Part shown: positions 37,542 to 46,973 of the stretch, piece by piece
How the letters are laid out: every line of letters starts with the position of its first letter
Position numbering within the stretch: position 1 is the first letter of the stretch
Assembly: GCA_038884755.1 (NCBI GenBank)
Contig: JAWABJ010000001.1
Span: forward strand, 384,001 to 448,000
Source of the DNA: Candidatus Norongarragalinales archaeon
GTDB lineage: Archaea > Micrarchaeota > Micrarchaeia > Norongarragalinales > Norongarragalinaceae
Reading direction: 5' to 3'
Length of the DNA: 64,000 bases
Made by a program: the position numbers and the translations under genes
Notes under the pieces: generated by a model
What the model saw: the letters and a program-made list of their open reading frames with translations, nothing else
Database searches by the model: none
What the model was told of the DNA's origin: nothing

Positions 37542-38840
37542 TCAGCGCCACGAGCTTCGCGTAAAGCGCGTTGGAGCCGAAGGCCCTCTTCGAACCGGCT
37601 CGCGGCCTCCGCGGTCGCGGGAAAAACCGCCTCTTCCGCGCGAAAAGCCGCCCCTGCCTTGAGGCCGCCCTCCAAAGCGCGAGGGGCGCCTCGAATCGCC
37701 TTCTGAAAACGAAGGCATTTTAGAGGCTGGAAGGTTCGCAGGCAAAGTTTTTTCTTCAAGGGTTTTTCCCATGAGGCGTTCGATCTGTCCAAGGGTTCCC
37801 AACTCGTCTGAATAGCATAAGGAAACAGCTTCTCCCACGGCGTGCATCCTGCCAGTACGCCCTATCCTGTGGATGTAGTTGTTGATGTCATAAGGAAGCT
37901 CGAAATTGAAAATGTGGGATATCGCTTCAACGTGGATTCCTCGCGCGGCGACGTCTGTCGCCACAAGAATATTCACTTGCCCTTCCTTGAACGCCTGCAT
38001 GGTGCGCGTGCGTTGCGCTTGAGTGAGGTTTCCTTGTATCCCTTGGGCGTTTATGCCGTTGGCGTTCAGCTGGCGCGTGAGCTCGCTCACCCTTCTTTTA
38101 GTCCTGCAGAAGATTATTGCCCTTTGCGGCTGCAGCTCGTGAAGCAGGTAAATCAAAGCGCTGAGCTTGCGCCCGGCGGGCACGGTGTAAAAACATTGTT
38201 TTACTCCCTGCGCGCTCTTGTCCGAAGAAACGAGCTTGACGTGCTGGGGATACCGCATGTGCCTGCGCGCCAGGCCCATTATTTCTTCCGGCAAATCGAC
38301 GCAAAACAGCAAAACCTGCTTTTTCGCGGGGGTGAACGAAAGTATTTTCTCCACGTCGCGGACGAAGCCCATGGCGAGCATGACGTCGGCTTCGTCCAAC
38401 ACGAAGGTATGCACGCGCGACAGGTCCAAAGCACGGTGTTCTATCAAATCAATGATTCTTCCCGGCGTGCCCACGACTATTTGCACTCCGCTTCGCAAAA
38501 GCTCTATCTGCCTGCCTATGTCCGTTCCGCCGTAGGCCACGAGATAGCGGAGTTGCGTGTGCTTTCCTATCCTCCGGAAGTCGTTGCCCACTTGTATTGC
38601 TAACTCGCGCGTAGGCACGAGGACTATTGCTTGGACGTGCTGCGAGTGGGGCTTGGCAATCAGACTTTCGAGAATCGGGATTGCGAAAGCGGCCGTTTTT
38701 CCGGTTCCCGTCCTGCTTTGCGCTATCAAATCTTCGCCTTGAAGGATTACTGGAATCGCCTGCTTCTGCACTTCCGTCAGTTCCTTGAAGCCTAATTCGG
38801 AAAGCGCTTTGGAAACAGGTTGGCTGAAACTTGACGACAT
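37542..38840 (-). CDS. DEAD-box RNA helicase
   Basis: Q motif, TGTGKT, PTRELA, TPGR, DEAD, TDVAARG, HRIGRTGR, RGG-rich tail. Confidence 0.95.
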   Translation of the reverse strand: MSSSFSQPVSKALSELGFKELTEVQKQAIPVILQGEDLIAQSRTGTGKTAAFAIPILESLIAKPHSQHVQAIVLVPTRELAIQVGNDFRRIGKHTQLRYLVAYGGTDIGRQIELLRSGVQIVVGTPGRIIDLIEHRALDLSRVHTFVLDEADVMLAMGFVRDVEKILSFTPAKKQVLLFCVDLPEEIMGLARRHMRYPQHVKLVSSDKSAQGVKQCFYTVPAGRKLSALIYLLHELQPQRAIIFCRTKRRVSELTRQLNANGINAQGIQGNLTQAQRTRTMQAFKEGQVNILVATDVAARGIHVEAISHIFNFELPYDINNYIHRIGRTGRMHAVGEAVSLCYSDELGTLGQIERLMGKTLEEKTLPANLPASKMPSFSEGDSRRPSRFGGRPQGRGGFSRGRGGFSRDRGGREPVRRGPSAPTRFTRSSWR

Positions 38841-38936
38841 TAAAAATCACTCCAGAAAAAGCCGGTTAATATGACTTGGGCGGTGGTATAAAAAAGGCTA
38901 TTGGATTTCAGCCAAAGCGCGGGAGAAAATGCAAAG

Positions 38937-39011
38937 TGCTCCAAACGGGATTCGAACCCGTGTTGCCGGCTTGAGAAGCCGGCGTCCTGGACCGGGCTAG
39001 ACGATTGGAGC
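38937..39011 (-). tRNA. tRNA-Glu(CTC), no intron
   Basis: GCTCCAA..GCCGGC-TT-CTC-AA-GCCGGC..GGTTCGAATCC..TTGGAGCA cloverleaf. Confidence 0.95.
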
Positions 39012-39065
39012 AAGCAAGAAAAATTTGCGCGAACGAATTAAAAAACCGAACGCCGTAAGCAATCA

Positions 39066-39719
39066 ATGGCGTCGGGGGAAAAGAAAAAGCTCGTTGTCTT
39101 CGATTTCGACGGCGTGATTCTCGATTCGCTCGCCGAGCACAAGAGACGCTACGACCACGTTTATTCCCTCTTCGGAAAGAGAAACCCGGCGAAAACGCTT
39201 TCGGAATGGAAGAAATGGCACGATTCCAAGTGGGAGAGGAACTTCACCCGCTTGGGCATTAAAGAAAGCCAGCTGGACTTGGCCATAGCAAGATACTGGC
39301 GGGGGTTCGAGTACAAAACGTCCAAACCCTTCAGCGGCGTGAAACGAGTTTTGCAAACCCTTTCGGAAAAATACGGGCTCGCAATAGTTTCCAACACTAG
39401 GGCAAGCATAGTCGCCAAGGCGCTTTCGAAATTCGGGTTGCGGAAGTTTTTCGCGGTAATCGAAGGCGGAAACCACAAGAGCGGGAAGGCCAAGCGCTTG
39501 AGGGAAGCGTTGCGCAAGAGCAAAACTGCGAAGGAAAACGCGGTCATAATCGGCGACACGCCCGCCGACGTGCGCGCGGGAAAAGAGTTGGGAGTGAAGA
39601 CAATCGGAGTGCTTTACGGGTGGAGCGAGAGGAAAAGGATTTCAGGGGAAAAGCCCGACGGGCTCGTGCGAAAAAGTAGGGAAATCCCCCTGCTTGTGAA
39701 AAGAATTTTTGGGGATTGA
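39066..39719 (+). CDS. HAD-superfamily hydrolase (phosphoglycolate phosphatase-like)
   Basis: FDFDGVILDS, VSN, K, IGDTPAD. Confidence 0.9.
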   Translation: MASGEKKKLVVFDFDGVILDSLAEHKRRYDHVYSLFGKRNPAKTLSEWKKWHDSKWERNFTRLGIKESQLDLAIARYWRGFEYKTSKPFSGVKRVLQTLSEKYGLAIVSNTRASIVAKALSKFGLRKFFAVIEGGNHKSGKAKRLREALRKSKTAKENAVIIGDTPADVRAGKELGVKTIGVLYGWSERKRISGEKPDGLVRKSREIPLLVKRIFGD

Positions 39720-39732
39720 ATTCCCTTGCCGC

Positions 39733-40383
39733 CTAGAATGCCGTTGCCCCCCAAATTCCGAGGAACGCCAGCAAAAAGCCAACTATAAAGTAAATGATAA
39801 CGAGCACGACGTTGTAGAGGATGAATTTTCCTACTCCGAAGCCGTGGACGCTTTTCATCATGTAGTAGTAAGTCCTAAGGGCGAGAATCAAAAGCAGGAG
39901 GAACAAAAGGCCGCCTATTATCAAAAGCACCATGCCGCCGCCAAAAACCAGCGCGAGTATCTTCGCGGGGTCCAAAGCCTGTAGCCCGCCACTCAACAGC
40001 GTCGAGCCTACCATCAACGCGCCCAGGATTAGTATCACGAGGAGCAAGACTACGGCCAGCACGAAGTACGCGGCCCAGTCTACTGCAAACGCGAACACGT
40101 GCTGGACGGTGGTTCCCTTTCCGCCGAGAAAACGCGCTATGGCGAGAGTCAAGAACAGTCCTACCGCCAGGCTTATTGCAAGCACGGCCAAACCGATTAC
40201 GAACGAAACGAGGGTTGCTACGCTGAAAGAAAGTATCAAGGAAAGGAACAGGCCCAAAAGCTGCGGCAACAGCCCCACTACAAAGTGGGGGATGGATTCT
40301 TCGTAAGAAGCTCGGTTTTTGAGGTCTTCAAAAGTTTCGAAGGGTTTTAGAACGACTCCCTTCCAGTCTGAAAAAATTCCCAT
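39733..40383 (-). CDS. YIP1-family membrane protein
   Basis: VLKPFETFEDL, ARFLGGKG, 5 TM helices. Confidence 0.75.
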   Translation of the reverse strand: MGIFSDWKGVVLKPFETFEDLKNRASYEESIPHFVVGLLPQLLGLFLSLILSFSVATLVSFVIGLAVLAISLAVGLFLTLAIARFLGGKGTTVQHVFAFAVDWAAYFVLAVVLLLVILILGALMVGSTLLSGGLQALDPAKILALVFGGGMVLLIIGGLLFLLLLILALRTYYYMMKSVHGFGVGKFILYNVVLVIIYFIVGFLLAFLGIWGATAF

Positions 40384-40417
40384 TCGGTTATTACAAAAAA
40401 CGCCTTTTTAAGCGTTT

Positions 40418-40975
40418 TCAGCTTACGCTCTTGACGTCGTCCAAAAGCAGGGGGAATTCGGTAAAGCCTGCGGTCAAGCCGAAGTGCCCGGCGCCGGGCA
40501 CCAGGGTCAACTCAATGCCCAAGTTTTTTGCAACCTTTTCGCCCATTTCCAAAGGCAGGTACGGGTCGTTGTCAGAGTGGTAGACGAAAAAACTCTTTGC
40601 GTTCGCCCGGATTTTCTTCCAGTCGAACGGCTTGTCGATGAAACTCTGCACGACAGGCTGGAATTGCGGGAGGATGGGGCCCGAGCAAAAGCCTGCGACG
40701 ATGAAAGCGGCGTTGATTTTCACGGGCGAGGCTTCCAGCAAGCGCAGCACGAAAGGCCCGCCAATGCTTCGCCCCACCAAAATCGTTTCTTCGTTAAAGC
40801 CTTTCAAATAAGGCTTTGCCACGCGCATCCAATTTCCCAGCGTCTGCCCTTCGGGAGTGGGGAATTGCGGGCATTGCACTGCGTAGCCGAGTTTTTTCAG
40901 CTCGCGCGAAAGCCACGGGTAGAACGTCTCGAAAGGCGAGCCGCCCGTGCTGTGCACGAGAAAAGCGTTTTTCAT
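40418..40975 (-). CDS. Alpha/beta hydrolase (RBBP9/YdeN family)
   Basis: VHSTGG, YPWL, GRSIG nucleophile elbow, SDNDPY, AGHF. Confidence 0.9.
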   Translation of the reverse strand: MKNAFLVHSTGGSPFETFYPWLSRELKKLGYAVQCPQFPTPEGQTLGNWMRVAKPYLKGFNEETILVGRSIGGPFVLRLLEASPVKINAAFIVAGFCSGPILPQFQPVVQSFIDKPFDWKKIRANAKSFFVYHSDNDPYLPLEMGEKVAKNLGIELTLVPGAGHFGLTAGFTEFPLLLDDVKSVS

Positions 40976-40988
40976 TGCAATCACGAAG

Positions 40989-41116
40989 TGGGCCCGCGGC
41001 GACCTTCGCGAGCTCTTCAACGAGCGAAGAGTTGCAGAACCGAAAGGTCCTGCCTCGAATCGAACGCCGGATTTTCACCGTGTGAAGGTGACGTCTTACC
41101 ACTCGACTACGGGCCC
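40989..41116 (-). tRNA. tRNA-Val(CAC) with 56-nt intron in the T-loop at 59/60 (intron 41003-41058)
   Basis: GGGCCCG acceptor, TCACC-TT-CAC-AC-GGTGA, CGGCG-TTCGAT[intron]T-CGCCG-CGGGCCCA; strict BHB at the junctions. Confidence 0.92.
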
Positions 41117-41159
41117 AATGCACTAAAAACAGGAAAAAGAAAAATAAAAATAGACCTTT

Positions 41160-41573
41160 TTACGACTGCTGTTCTTCCGTCTCCTTGGCGGGGGTTTCGG
41201 TCGTTTCCTGCGCTGCAGGCGTTTCAGCCGCAGGCTGTTCTTGGGCGGGTTTTTGTTGCGGCGCAGAGCCGTAAACCGGAGGGCGCTCGCGCCTCTGTTG
41301 GAAAGGCCTGTCGCCGAACCGCCCGAACCTCTCGCGTTCCCGCTGGCGTTCCTGCATTTTCTTTTTCTTTTCGAAAATCCTTCCGTGCTTGCCGCAAGAA
41401 ATGCAGTACGACACTTCGCGCGTCAAAACGCGAGTGTAAGTTTCAGAGTAAACGTCCTTGCGCTCGAGCGGGTTGGTCAAAATCGGCTTTTCGATGAAAA
41501 CCGCCTTGTCCCTGCGCACTTCCCTACCGCACTTTTCGCACCTTACAAGCCTTTCGCGACCACGATGACCCAT
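41160..41573 (-). CDS. rps26e: 30S ribosomal protein eS26 with low-complexity C-terminal extension
   Basis: RGRERLVRCEKCGREVRRDKAV and YCISCGKH..I zinc ligands. Confidence 0.82.
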   Translation of the reverse strand: MGHRGRERLVRCEKCGREVRRDKAVFIEKPILTNPLERKDVYSETYTRVLTREVSYCISCGKHGRIFEKKKKMQERQRERERFGRFGDRPFQQRRERPPVYGSAPQQKPAQEQPAAETPAAQETTETPAKETEEQQS

Positions 41574-41647
41574 GATAACACCCCTAAATTCACGAACTAA
41601 AAAACAGGACGAAATTACTTTGCAGGCGGGGGTTAAAAAACCCTTTT

Positions 41648-42370
41648 TTAACGCAGGTTTTCCAGAGTGCCGAGCTTCCGCCCGTCAATGGTGAAAACCT
41701 GGGCGTTTTGCAGTTCGGCGTTTTCCTTCTTCAAGAACGGCCCCAAATCCCGCGTTTTGTTCACCGCAACGCCCCCCACGAGAGAGCCGAAGGCGGGAAA
41801 CAGCACCCACTTGCGCCCGGCTTTCAAGCCGTGCTTGGCGTTCGCCTTGGTTTTTCCCACCACCCACACGGGCGCGGTGTAGGAAAACCGCTCGCCCTCG
41901 CTTATCTCGACCAGCGGGTGCAGGTTTCCGAACAAGAAAACGTCGGCGTTTTCCGTAATCTCGCGCGAGGGGAACGCGTGGCCGTGGAACAAGCCGTATT
42001 TCTTACCCTCAGCTTCCAAAAGCAGGCCTTTCGCGTCGACTACCTTCACGTCCCCGAAGTTTTCCAGCTCGGAATCGTGGTTGCCTTTCACCACAAGAAT
42101 GTCCTTGCAGTGCAGCAAGCGCAAAAATTTTTTCAAAACCCAGAACTCGCGGTTTTTGAACCCGTAAAAATCGTGTTTGAAGTCGCCCAAAACGACGATG
42201 CGAGTGCATTTCGTCTGCTTCAAAAGCTTGTTGAGCCTTTGCGCCTCGCGTTCGTAATTCGAAACTTCTATGCCCTTAGCTTGCAATTCGAGCTCGATGC
42301 CCACGTGCGCGTCGGAAACCACCAGGTTTTTTCCCACTACCGCCGCGGCTTCGCCCACTACGAACTTCAT
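41648..42370 (-). CDS. Calcineurin-like metallophosphoesterase
   Basis: SDAHVG, LGDFKH, GNHD, HGH, GNLHP, PAF. Confidence 0.9.
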   Translation of the reverse strand: MKFVVGEAAAVVGKNLVVSDAHVGIELELQAKGIEVSNYEREAQRLNKLLKQTKCTRIVVLGDFKHDFYGFKNREFWVLKKFLRLLHCKDILVVKGNHDSELENFGDVKVVDAKGLLLEAEGKKYGLFHGHAFPSREITENADVFLFGNLHPLVEISEGERFSYTAPVWVVGKTKANAKHGLKAGRKWVLFPAFGSLVGGVAVNKTRDLGPFLKKENAELQNAQVFTIDGRKLGTLENLR

Positions 42371-42978
42371 TTCCCTTTCCACCCGTAAAGCCCGTGCTTT
42401 TTGATGTAATTGAAAACATTGCGGGGAACGAGCATTTTCAGCTTCGGGCTCGCGACAGAAGCGAAAGCCCTTGCTTGGGTGGAGGAAACCTTGGATTTTC
42501 GCACGGAGTGAGGAAGGAAAACGAGCTTCGCGCCGAGTGAAGATGAAAACTTGCGAGAGGGTTTTTTGAAGCCCGGGCGCGGGTATATCACCAGAGGCAA
42601 GAGCTTGCGCAGTTTTTCCCACTTTCCCCATTTTGGAAAGTCTTTTACTAGTTCGGAGCCGAAAATCCAGTAGAACTGCGTGGAAGGAAAGCGCTTTTGC
42701 AGTTTTTCCACGGTGTCGGCGGTATAGTTTTTCCTGCGGAGTTTCATTTCAAAACCGCTCGTCTTAATCCGTTTGCTTAAACCAGCGTTTTTCAAAGCCA
42801 AGCGCACCATTGCAAGCCTGTGCTTCGCTTTTTCTATTTTCTTTCCTTCAGCTTGCTTGAAGCACGGCATGAGCCAAACTTCGTCGCAATCAAAGTTTTC
42901 CAAAACGCCTTTCGCGACTGTCAAATGCCCGTAGTGAGGGGGGTTGAAACTCCCTCCTAGTATTGCAATCCTCTTCAT
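42367..42978 (-). CDS. nadD: Nicotinate-nucleotide adenylyltransferase, bacterial type
   Basis: GGSFNPPHYGH, R..M, YT.DT, W..W, RPG, VSST. Confidence 0.9.
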   Translation of the reverse strand: MKRIAILGGSFNPPHYGHLTVAKGVLENFDCDEVWLMPCFKQAEGKKIEKAKHRLAMVRLALKNAGLSKRIKTSGFEMKLRRKNYTADTVEKLQKRFPSTQFYWIFGSELVKDFPKWGKWEKLRKLLPLVIYPRPGFKKPSRKFSSSLGAKLVFLPHSVRKSKVSSTQARAFASVASPKLKMLVPRNVFNYIKKHGLYGWKGK

Positions 42979-43898
42979 CAAAACACCACGTCGAAAGCTA
43001 TTGCAAAAGCCAAAAATAAAATGAACAGCCCCAAAAGAGCAAAGCCTTTCGTGCGGCTTATCGACTGCGAGTGCAGTAAAGACGAGGTTATTGCTGCGAC
43101 TGCGAGAAACAAGACTGCGAGCGTTGAAAAACTCAGGTTGAGGGAAAACAAGGGGGAGAGCGAGGCTATCCCGAGAACGAGAGTGGAATTGACGAGCGTG
43201 GAGCCTATCGCGTTGCCTAGGGCAAGCGAACTGTTGTTTTTATTCGCCGACTGCAAGCTTACGCTTAATTCAGGAAGAGTGGTGCCTATTGAAATTATCG
43301 TTGCGCCGATTATGGTTGAAGAAAACCCGAGGATTGAAGCGAGCGAAACCGCGGATTTCACAACAAAATCGGCGGAAACCAAGAGAAAAGCCACGCCTAT
43401 CGAGAAAAAGAAAAGGGCGAACGTTGCGTTTTGCCTTGAAACTTTCGCTTCCGGATGGTGCGAGCGTTGTTTTATGCTTATGAACGTGTAAGCGGTAAAA
43501 GCCGCAAACAGTACGAAAGTGGAAAGCAAACCCGGAAAGAAAATCAAGAGGAAAGGCGCGAGTGCAGCCAAAGCAAGAATGTTGGTGGACTTCCAAGCGT
43601 CGTTCCTGCTAAGCTTTATTGCCGAAACGAAAGCGGCGGCTCCCAAAACAAGCGTAATGTCAGTAACGTTGGCGCCTAGAACGTTTCCAGCTGAAACGCC
43701 AGGCGCTTTCTCAAGCACAGAAGTTATCGCAATGGACAATTCAGGAAGTGAAGTAGCTACGCTCACAAGCAGAAAGCCTATCGCCAATTCGCTGACGTTC
43801 AAAAAACGAGCCAAAACAACGGAATTTTCCACTATCACGTCCGAGGCTTTAGCGAGCACTATGGCAGAAACAAGCAAAACGCCCAATTCAGCTAACAT
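42978..43898 (-). CDS. Sodium:calcium antiporter family protein
   Basis: ATSLPE, GNVLGAN, GTTLPE, GNAIGS repeats. Confidence 0.92.
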   Translation of the reverse strand: MLAELGVLLVSAIVLAKASDVIVENSVVLARFLNVSELAIGFLLVSVATSLPELSIAITSVLEKAPGVSAGNVLGANVTDITLVLGAAAFVSAIKLSRNDAWKSTNILALAALAPFLLIFFPGLLSTFVLFAAFTAYTFISIKQRSHHPEAKVSRQNATFALFFFSIGVAFLLVSADFVVKSAVSLASILGFSSTIIGATIISIGTTLPELSVSLQSANKNNSSLALGNAIGSTLVNSTLVLGIASLSPLFSLNLSFSTLAVLFLAVAAITSSLLHSQSISRTKGFALLGLFILFLAFAIAFDVVF

Positions 43899-43934
43899 TA
43901 GAATAGAACTGAAGGTGAAAATAAAACAGTTCCA

Positions 43935-44462
43935 CTAGCCCGTGCGGTTGGTTGCGTTCAGCGGAAGCGAGGCTGCGGCCGCCTGGCCGTCCGAACTGCT
44001 AGAAGCTTCGGCAGTTTTTTGGGATTCAATGAACTGTTGGGTTTCGAAACCCGCCCCTTCTACCGTTTGGATTATGGGAAGCTGAAGGGAAGGGCTTGCA
44101 GCATGCTGGGGCTGGTTGTAAATCATGAAACCAGCGCCAGCCAGCATCAATGCGAATAGCGAAAGCAAAATCCAAAGTCGCTTTCCCTTGTCAGGATGCA
44201 ATACGGCTTTCCCCTTTTCAGTCAAAGTAAAGTAAATCCACTTGCGCCCTTCGTCCACGCGCTCCACAAGCCCCGCTACCCTCAGGTTTTCCAAATGCTC
44301 GCTAGCCGCTTGCACGCTAATGCCCATGATTTTGCCTATTTCGCTTGCAGTACAGCGTTTTTTGTCCAACTCCTTGAGAATCAAAACGCGCGTTTCGCTC
44401 GCCAGCGCTTTGAAAGAGCTCGAGTCGAGCATGATTTTTTCTTCTTCCGACTGGGGTCGCAT
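43935..44462 (-). CDS. Membrane-anchored ArsR-family HTH regulator
   Basis: FKALASETRVLIL..EHLENL..AGLV..KWIYFTLTEKG followed by a single TM and external tail. Confidence 0.85.
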   Translation of the reverse strand: MRPQSEEEKIMLDSSSFKALASETRVLILKELDKKRCTASEIGKIMGISVQAASEHLENLRVAGLVERVDEGRKWIYFTLTEKGKAVLHPDKGKRLWILLSLFALMLAGAGFMIYNQPQHAASPSLQLPIIQTVEGAGFETQQFIESQKTAEASSSSDGQAAAASLPLNATNRTG

Positions 44463-44528
44463 GAAAAAAAAAGCTTTTCTTGGCTTAAATGCCTTTTCGG
44501 TTTGTTCAAGTGGGAGGTTGAACGTCTA

Positions 44529-45605
44529 CTACCTTTTTCCGCGTTTTTCGCCTTTCAAGTAAACCGTGCGTATTGGGAAGGGAATTTCAATTCCATCCTT
44601 GCGGAATTGCTTTACCATTTCAAAACGCATTTCAGTAGCCAAAGGGAAACTATCGTCAAACGACTTAGCTTGGAATATGTATCGAAACTGCAGTGACGAA
44701 TCGCCGAAATTCACAAAACGCAAGACAGGAAAAAAAGACTCGTCTACCACTCCACTGCGTTTTTTCACGTTTTCAAAACAAGTTTCCAAGGATTTTTTAA
44801 GCTTATCCAAGTTTGTAGAATAAGAAACGCCGAAGTCAATCAAAACCCTTCTTTTTTCCCTGCCTATTCCCGAAAGGTTGTGCACCATTCTTTTAGCAAG
44901 CTCGGCGTTTGGAATGACGATGATGCTGTTGCGTGGAGTTTGTATTTTTGTCGTCCGCCAGCCGATTTCCTTAACTACTCCAGTGGTTTCGGAATTCTCG
45001 CTGTCTAACGCAATGAAATCCCCCACTTTAAACGGCTTGTCGGAAAGCAGGTTTACTCCCGAGAAAAAGTTTGAAAGCGTGTCTTGCAAAGCCAAAGCGA
45101 CAGCCAAGCCCGCGATTCCCAAACCAGCCAGCAGAGGGCCTATCTCAACTCCAAACTCGCTCAAAACAATTATGAACGCTACGAGCAAAATAGATAGTTT
45201 AGACATTTTCCTCGCAAGCGGAAAAACATCCTTGCTTATTCTTAGTTTTTGCTGACTTTCAGTCTGGCTGGCATGCCAGTAAAACAACGAGTCAACCACC
45301 CGGCTTAGAGCATGTCCTGCCGCAAGCACCAACGCTAGAAAAAACAACTGGTTCAAGTTCTTGTCGAAAAAAACTACGTTCGGAATGGAAACTTGAAAAG
45401 CAAGGTATAAACCAAAAAGAAAAGCCACGAACTTGAACGGACCGCGAATGCCTTCGAAAAGGAAATCATCAAAAGTGGTTTTAGTCCTCAAAACAATCGG
45501 GCGAATAAACTTGTCGAACAAAAATATCAAAACGTCTGCAATAACGAGAGAACCGAGCGTTATTCCAAGAAAATAAACTATTTTGAAAAAAGTGGATTCA
45601 ACCAT
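44529..45605 (-). CDS. mscS: Small-conductance mechanosensitive channel
   Basis: GIAGLAVALALQDTLSNFFSG, PFKVGD, IPN, FGDSSL, IEIPFP. Confidence 0.93.
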   Translation of the reverse strand: MVESTFFKIVYFLGITLGSLVIADVLIFLFDKFIRPIVLRTKTTFDDFLFEGIRGPFKFVAFLFGLYLAFQVSIPNVVFFDKNLNQLFFLALVLAAGHALSRVVDSLFYWHASQTESQQKLRISKDVFPLARKMSKLSILLVAFIIVLSEFGVEIGPLLAGLGIAGLAVALALQDTLSNFFSGVNLLSDKPFKVGDFIALDSENSETTGVVKEIGWRTTKIQTPRNSIIVIPNAELAKRMVHNLSGIGREKRRVLIDFGVSYSTNLDKLKKSLETCFENVKKRSGVVDESFFPVLRFVNFGDSSLQFRYIFQAKSFDDSFPLATEMRFEMVKQFRKDGIEIPFPIRTVYLKGEKRGKR

Positions 45606-45627
45606 GCGAAAACCAACCAGTTAAAAA

Positions 45628-45873
45628 CTATTTCTTGAACGAAGTGTAGTTTACCGCCACGCTGGGCTTTTTTTTCTTAAGCAACGAAACCACTATAGAC
45701 CGAATTGTGGAACTGGCTAACAACTTTCTGCCAGAAGACTTGATTTTGTCTGCAACCACGTCGGCTATTTCGCCAGCCAATTCTACAGTACCGCCGGCTT
45801 TAACTATGCTGCGCGCTATCTTCGACGGCGCAAACCGTTCTTTCTCTCCAGACTTTTTCTTCACTAAAACCAT
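45628..45873 (-). CDS. Stand-alone ATP-cone domain protein
   Basis: VKKKSGEKERFAPSKIARSIVKAG..SSTIRSIV..L..A.NY. Confidence 0.8.
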   Translation of the reverse strand: MVLVKKKSGEKERFAPSKIARSIVKAGGTVELAGEIADVVADKIKSSGRKLLASSTIRSIVVSLLKKKKPSVAVNYTSFKK

Positions 45874-45914
45874 GCACAACGCCTTAAGCATGAGACAAAG
45901 ATTGTTTTTATTTC

Positions 45915-46886
45915 TTATCCAAAAATCGACGCGATCATTTCGCTCAACCCGTCTTGAGGCTTGACTTTAGCCTTCCACCCTAAAAGCCGTTCCGCCTTTT
46001 TAGTCGAGAAAACTCTGTCGGTAGTCAAACGCCTCACGCTCTCTCGCGAAATCGCGGTCTTCCCGCCGAAAAGCTTTGCTTTGAGCTCGTAAAACAACGC
46101 CATTGCTTCCGCCAGCCAAACAGGAATGCTTGTTTTCGGCGGTTGCACGCCAAGCTCGTTTGCAACCGCGGCAGTCCATTGTTTTTGCGTGAGCGCCTCT
46201 CCGCTGATGTTGAACGTTTCACCTTTAGCTGCGTCTTTCTCTAGCGAAAGCAAAACCGCGTTTACGAAATCATCTACATGTACCACCGGAAAATGCGTGT
46301 TGCCTTCGCCTATCACAGGCATTTTTCCTTTTTGAATCGCTTTTACGGCGGGCGCGAACGACGGTTCGAAGCCCAAGCCGTAAATGACTACGGGGCGTAG
46401 TATGACGAACGGCACTCCGCTCTCGCGAACTGCCTTTTCAGCCGTAAGCTTGCTTTCGCCGTACGCGTTGCCGGGCGAAGGCGCGTCGTTTTCTTCTATA
46501 GGCAACCTCGAAGGCTTGTGGAACAACGCGGAAGAGGAAATGAAAACGAAACGGTTGAACCTCGCGTTTCTCTTGCAGGCGTTCAAAAGCTTTTTCGTAG
46601 CTTCGACGTTGACCGCGAAAATCTTTTTCTTATTCTCGTCAGGGTTAATTACGCCCACTGCAGCCAAGTGCACGACTGCGTCAACGCCTTTCGCAATAGT
46701 ATCGAAAGCGGATTGTTCCGCAATAGCGAAATCCAACTCCATTATTTCCAAAGGCGCGTCTTTGAACGCCTCGCGCGCTTCTTCAGCGTCGAGCACGGCA
46801 ACCCGCACCGAATGGCCTTTTGCAAGCAACGCCGGCACCAAATGCTTTCCGACGTGCCCTGTCGCACCCGTAACCAAAACTTTCAC
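45915..46886 (-). CDS. NAD-dependent epimerase/dehydratase
   Basis: TGATGHVG, HLAA, YGESK, RPVVIYG. Confidence 0.9.
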   Translation of the reverse strand: MKVLVTGATGHVGKHLVPALLAKGHSVRVAVLDAEEAREAFKDAPLEIMELDFAIAEQSAFDTIAKGVDAVVHLAAVGVINPDENKKKIFAVNVEATKKLLNACKRNARFNRFVFISSSALFHKPSRLPIEENDAPSPGNAYGESKLTAEKAVRESGVPFVILRPVVIYGLGFEPSFAPAVKAIQKGKMPVIGEGNTHFPVVHVDDFVNAVLLSLEKDAAKGETFNISGEALTQKQWTAAVANELGVQPPKTSIPVWLAEAMALFYELKAKLFGGKTAISRESVRRLTTDRVFSTKKAERLLGWKAKVKPQDGLSEMIASIFG

Positions 46887-46973
46887 TCAAACCACACTTT
46901 ATAAAACAAAGAGCGTCCTGTTAAATAAAAGCTTTAGAAAAAAAAAACAATTTTTCAAGGTGGGGGGGTAAGG

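Noticed and set aside
40976..41020. N-terminal extension of the alpha/beta hydrolase from TTG 41020
   Set aside because: It overlaps the 3' exon and intron of tRNA-Val. ATG 40975 matches the family start.
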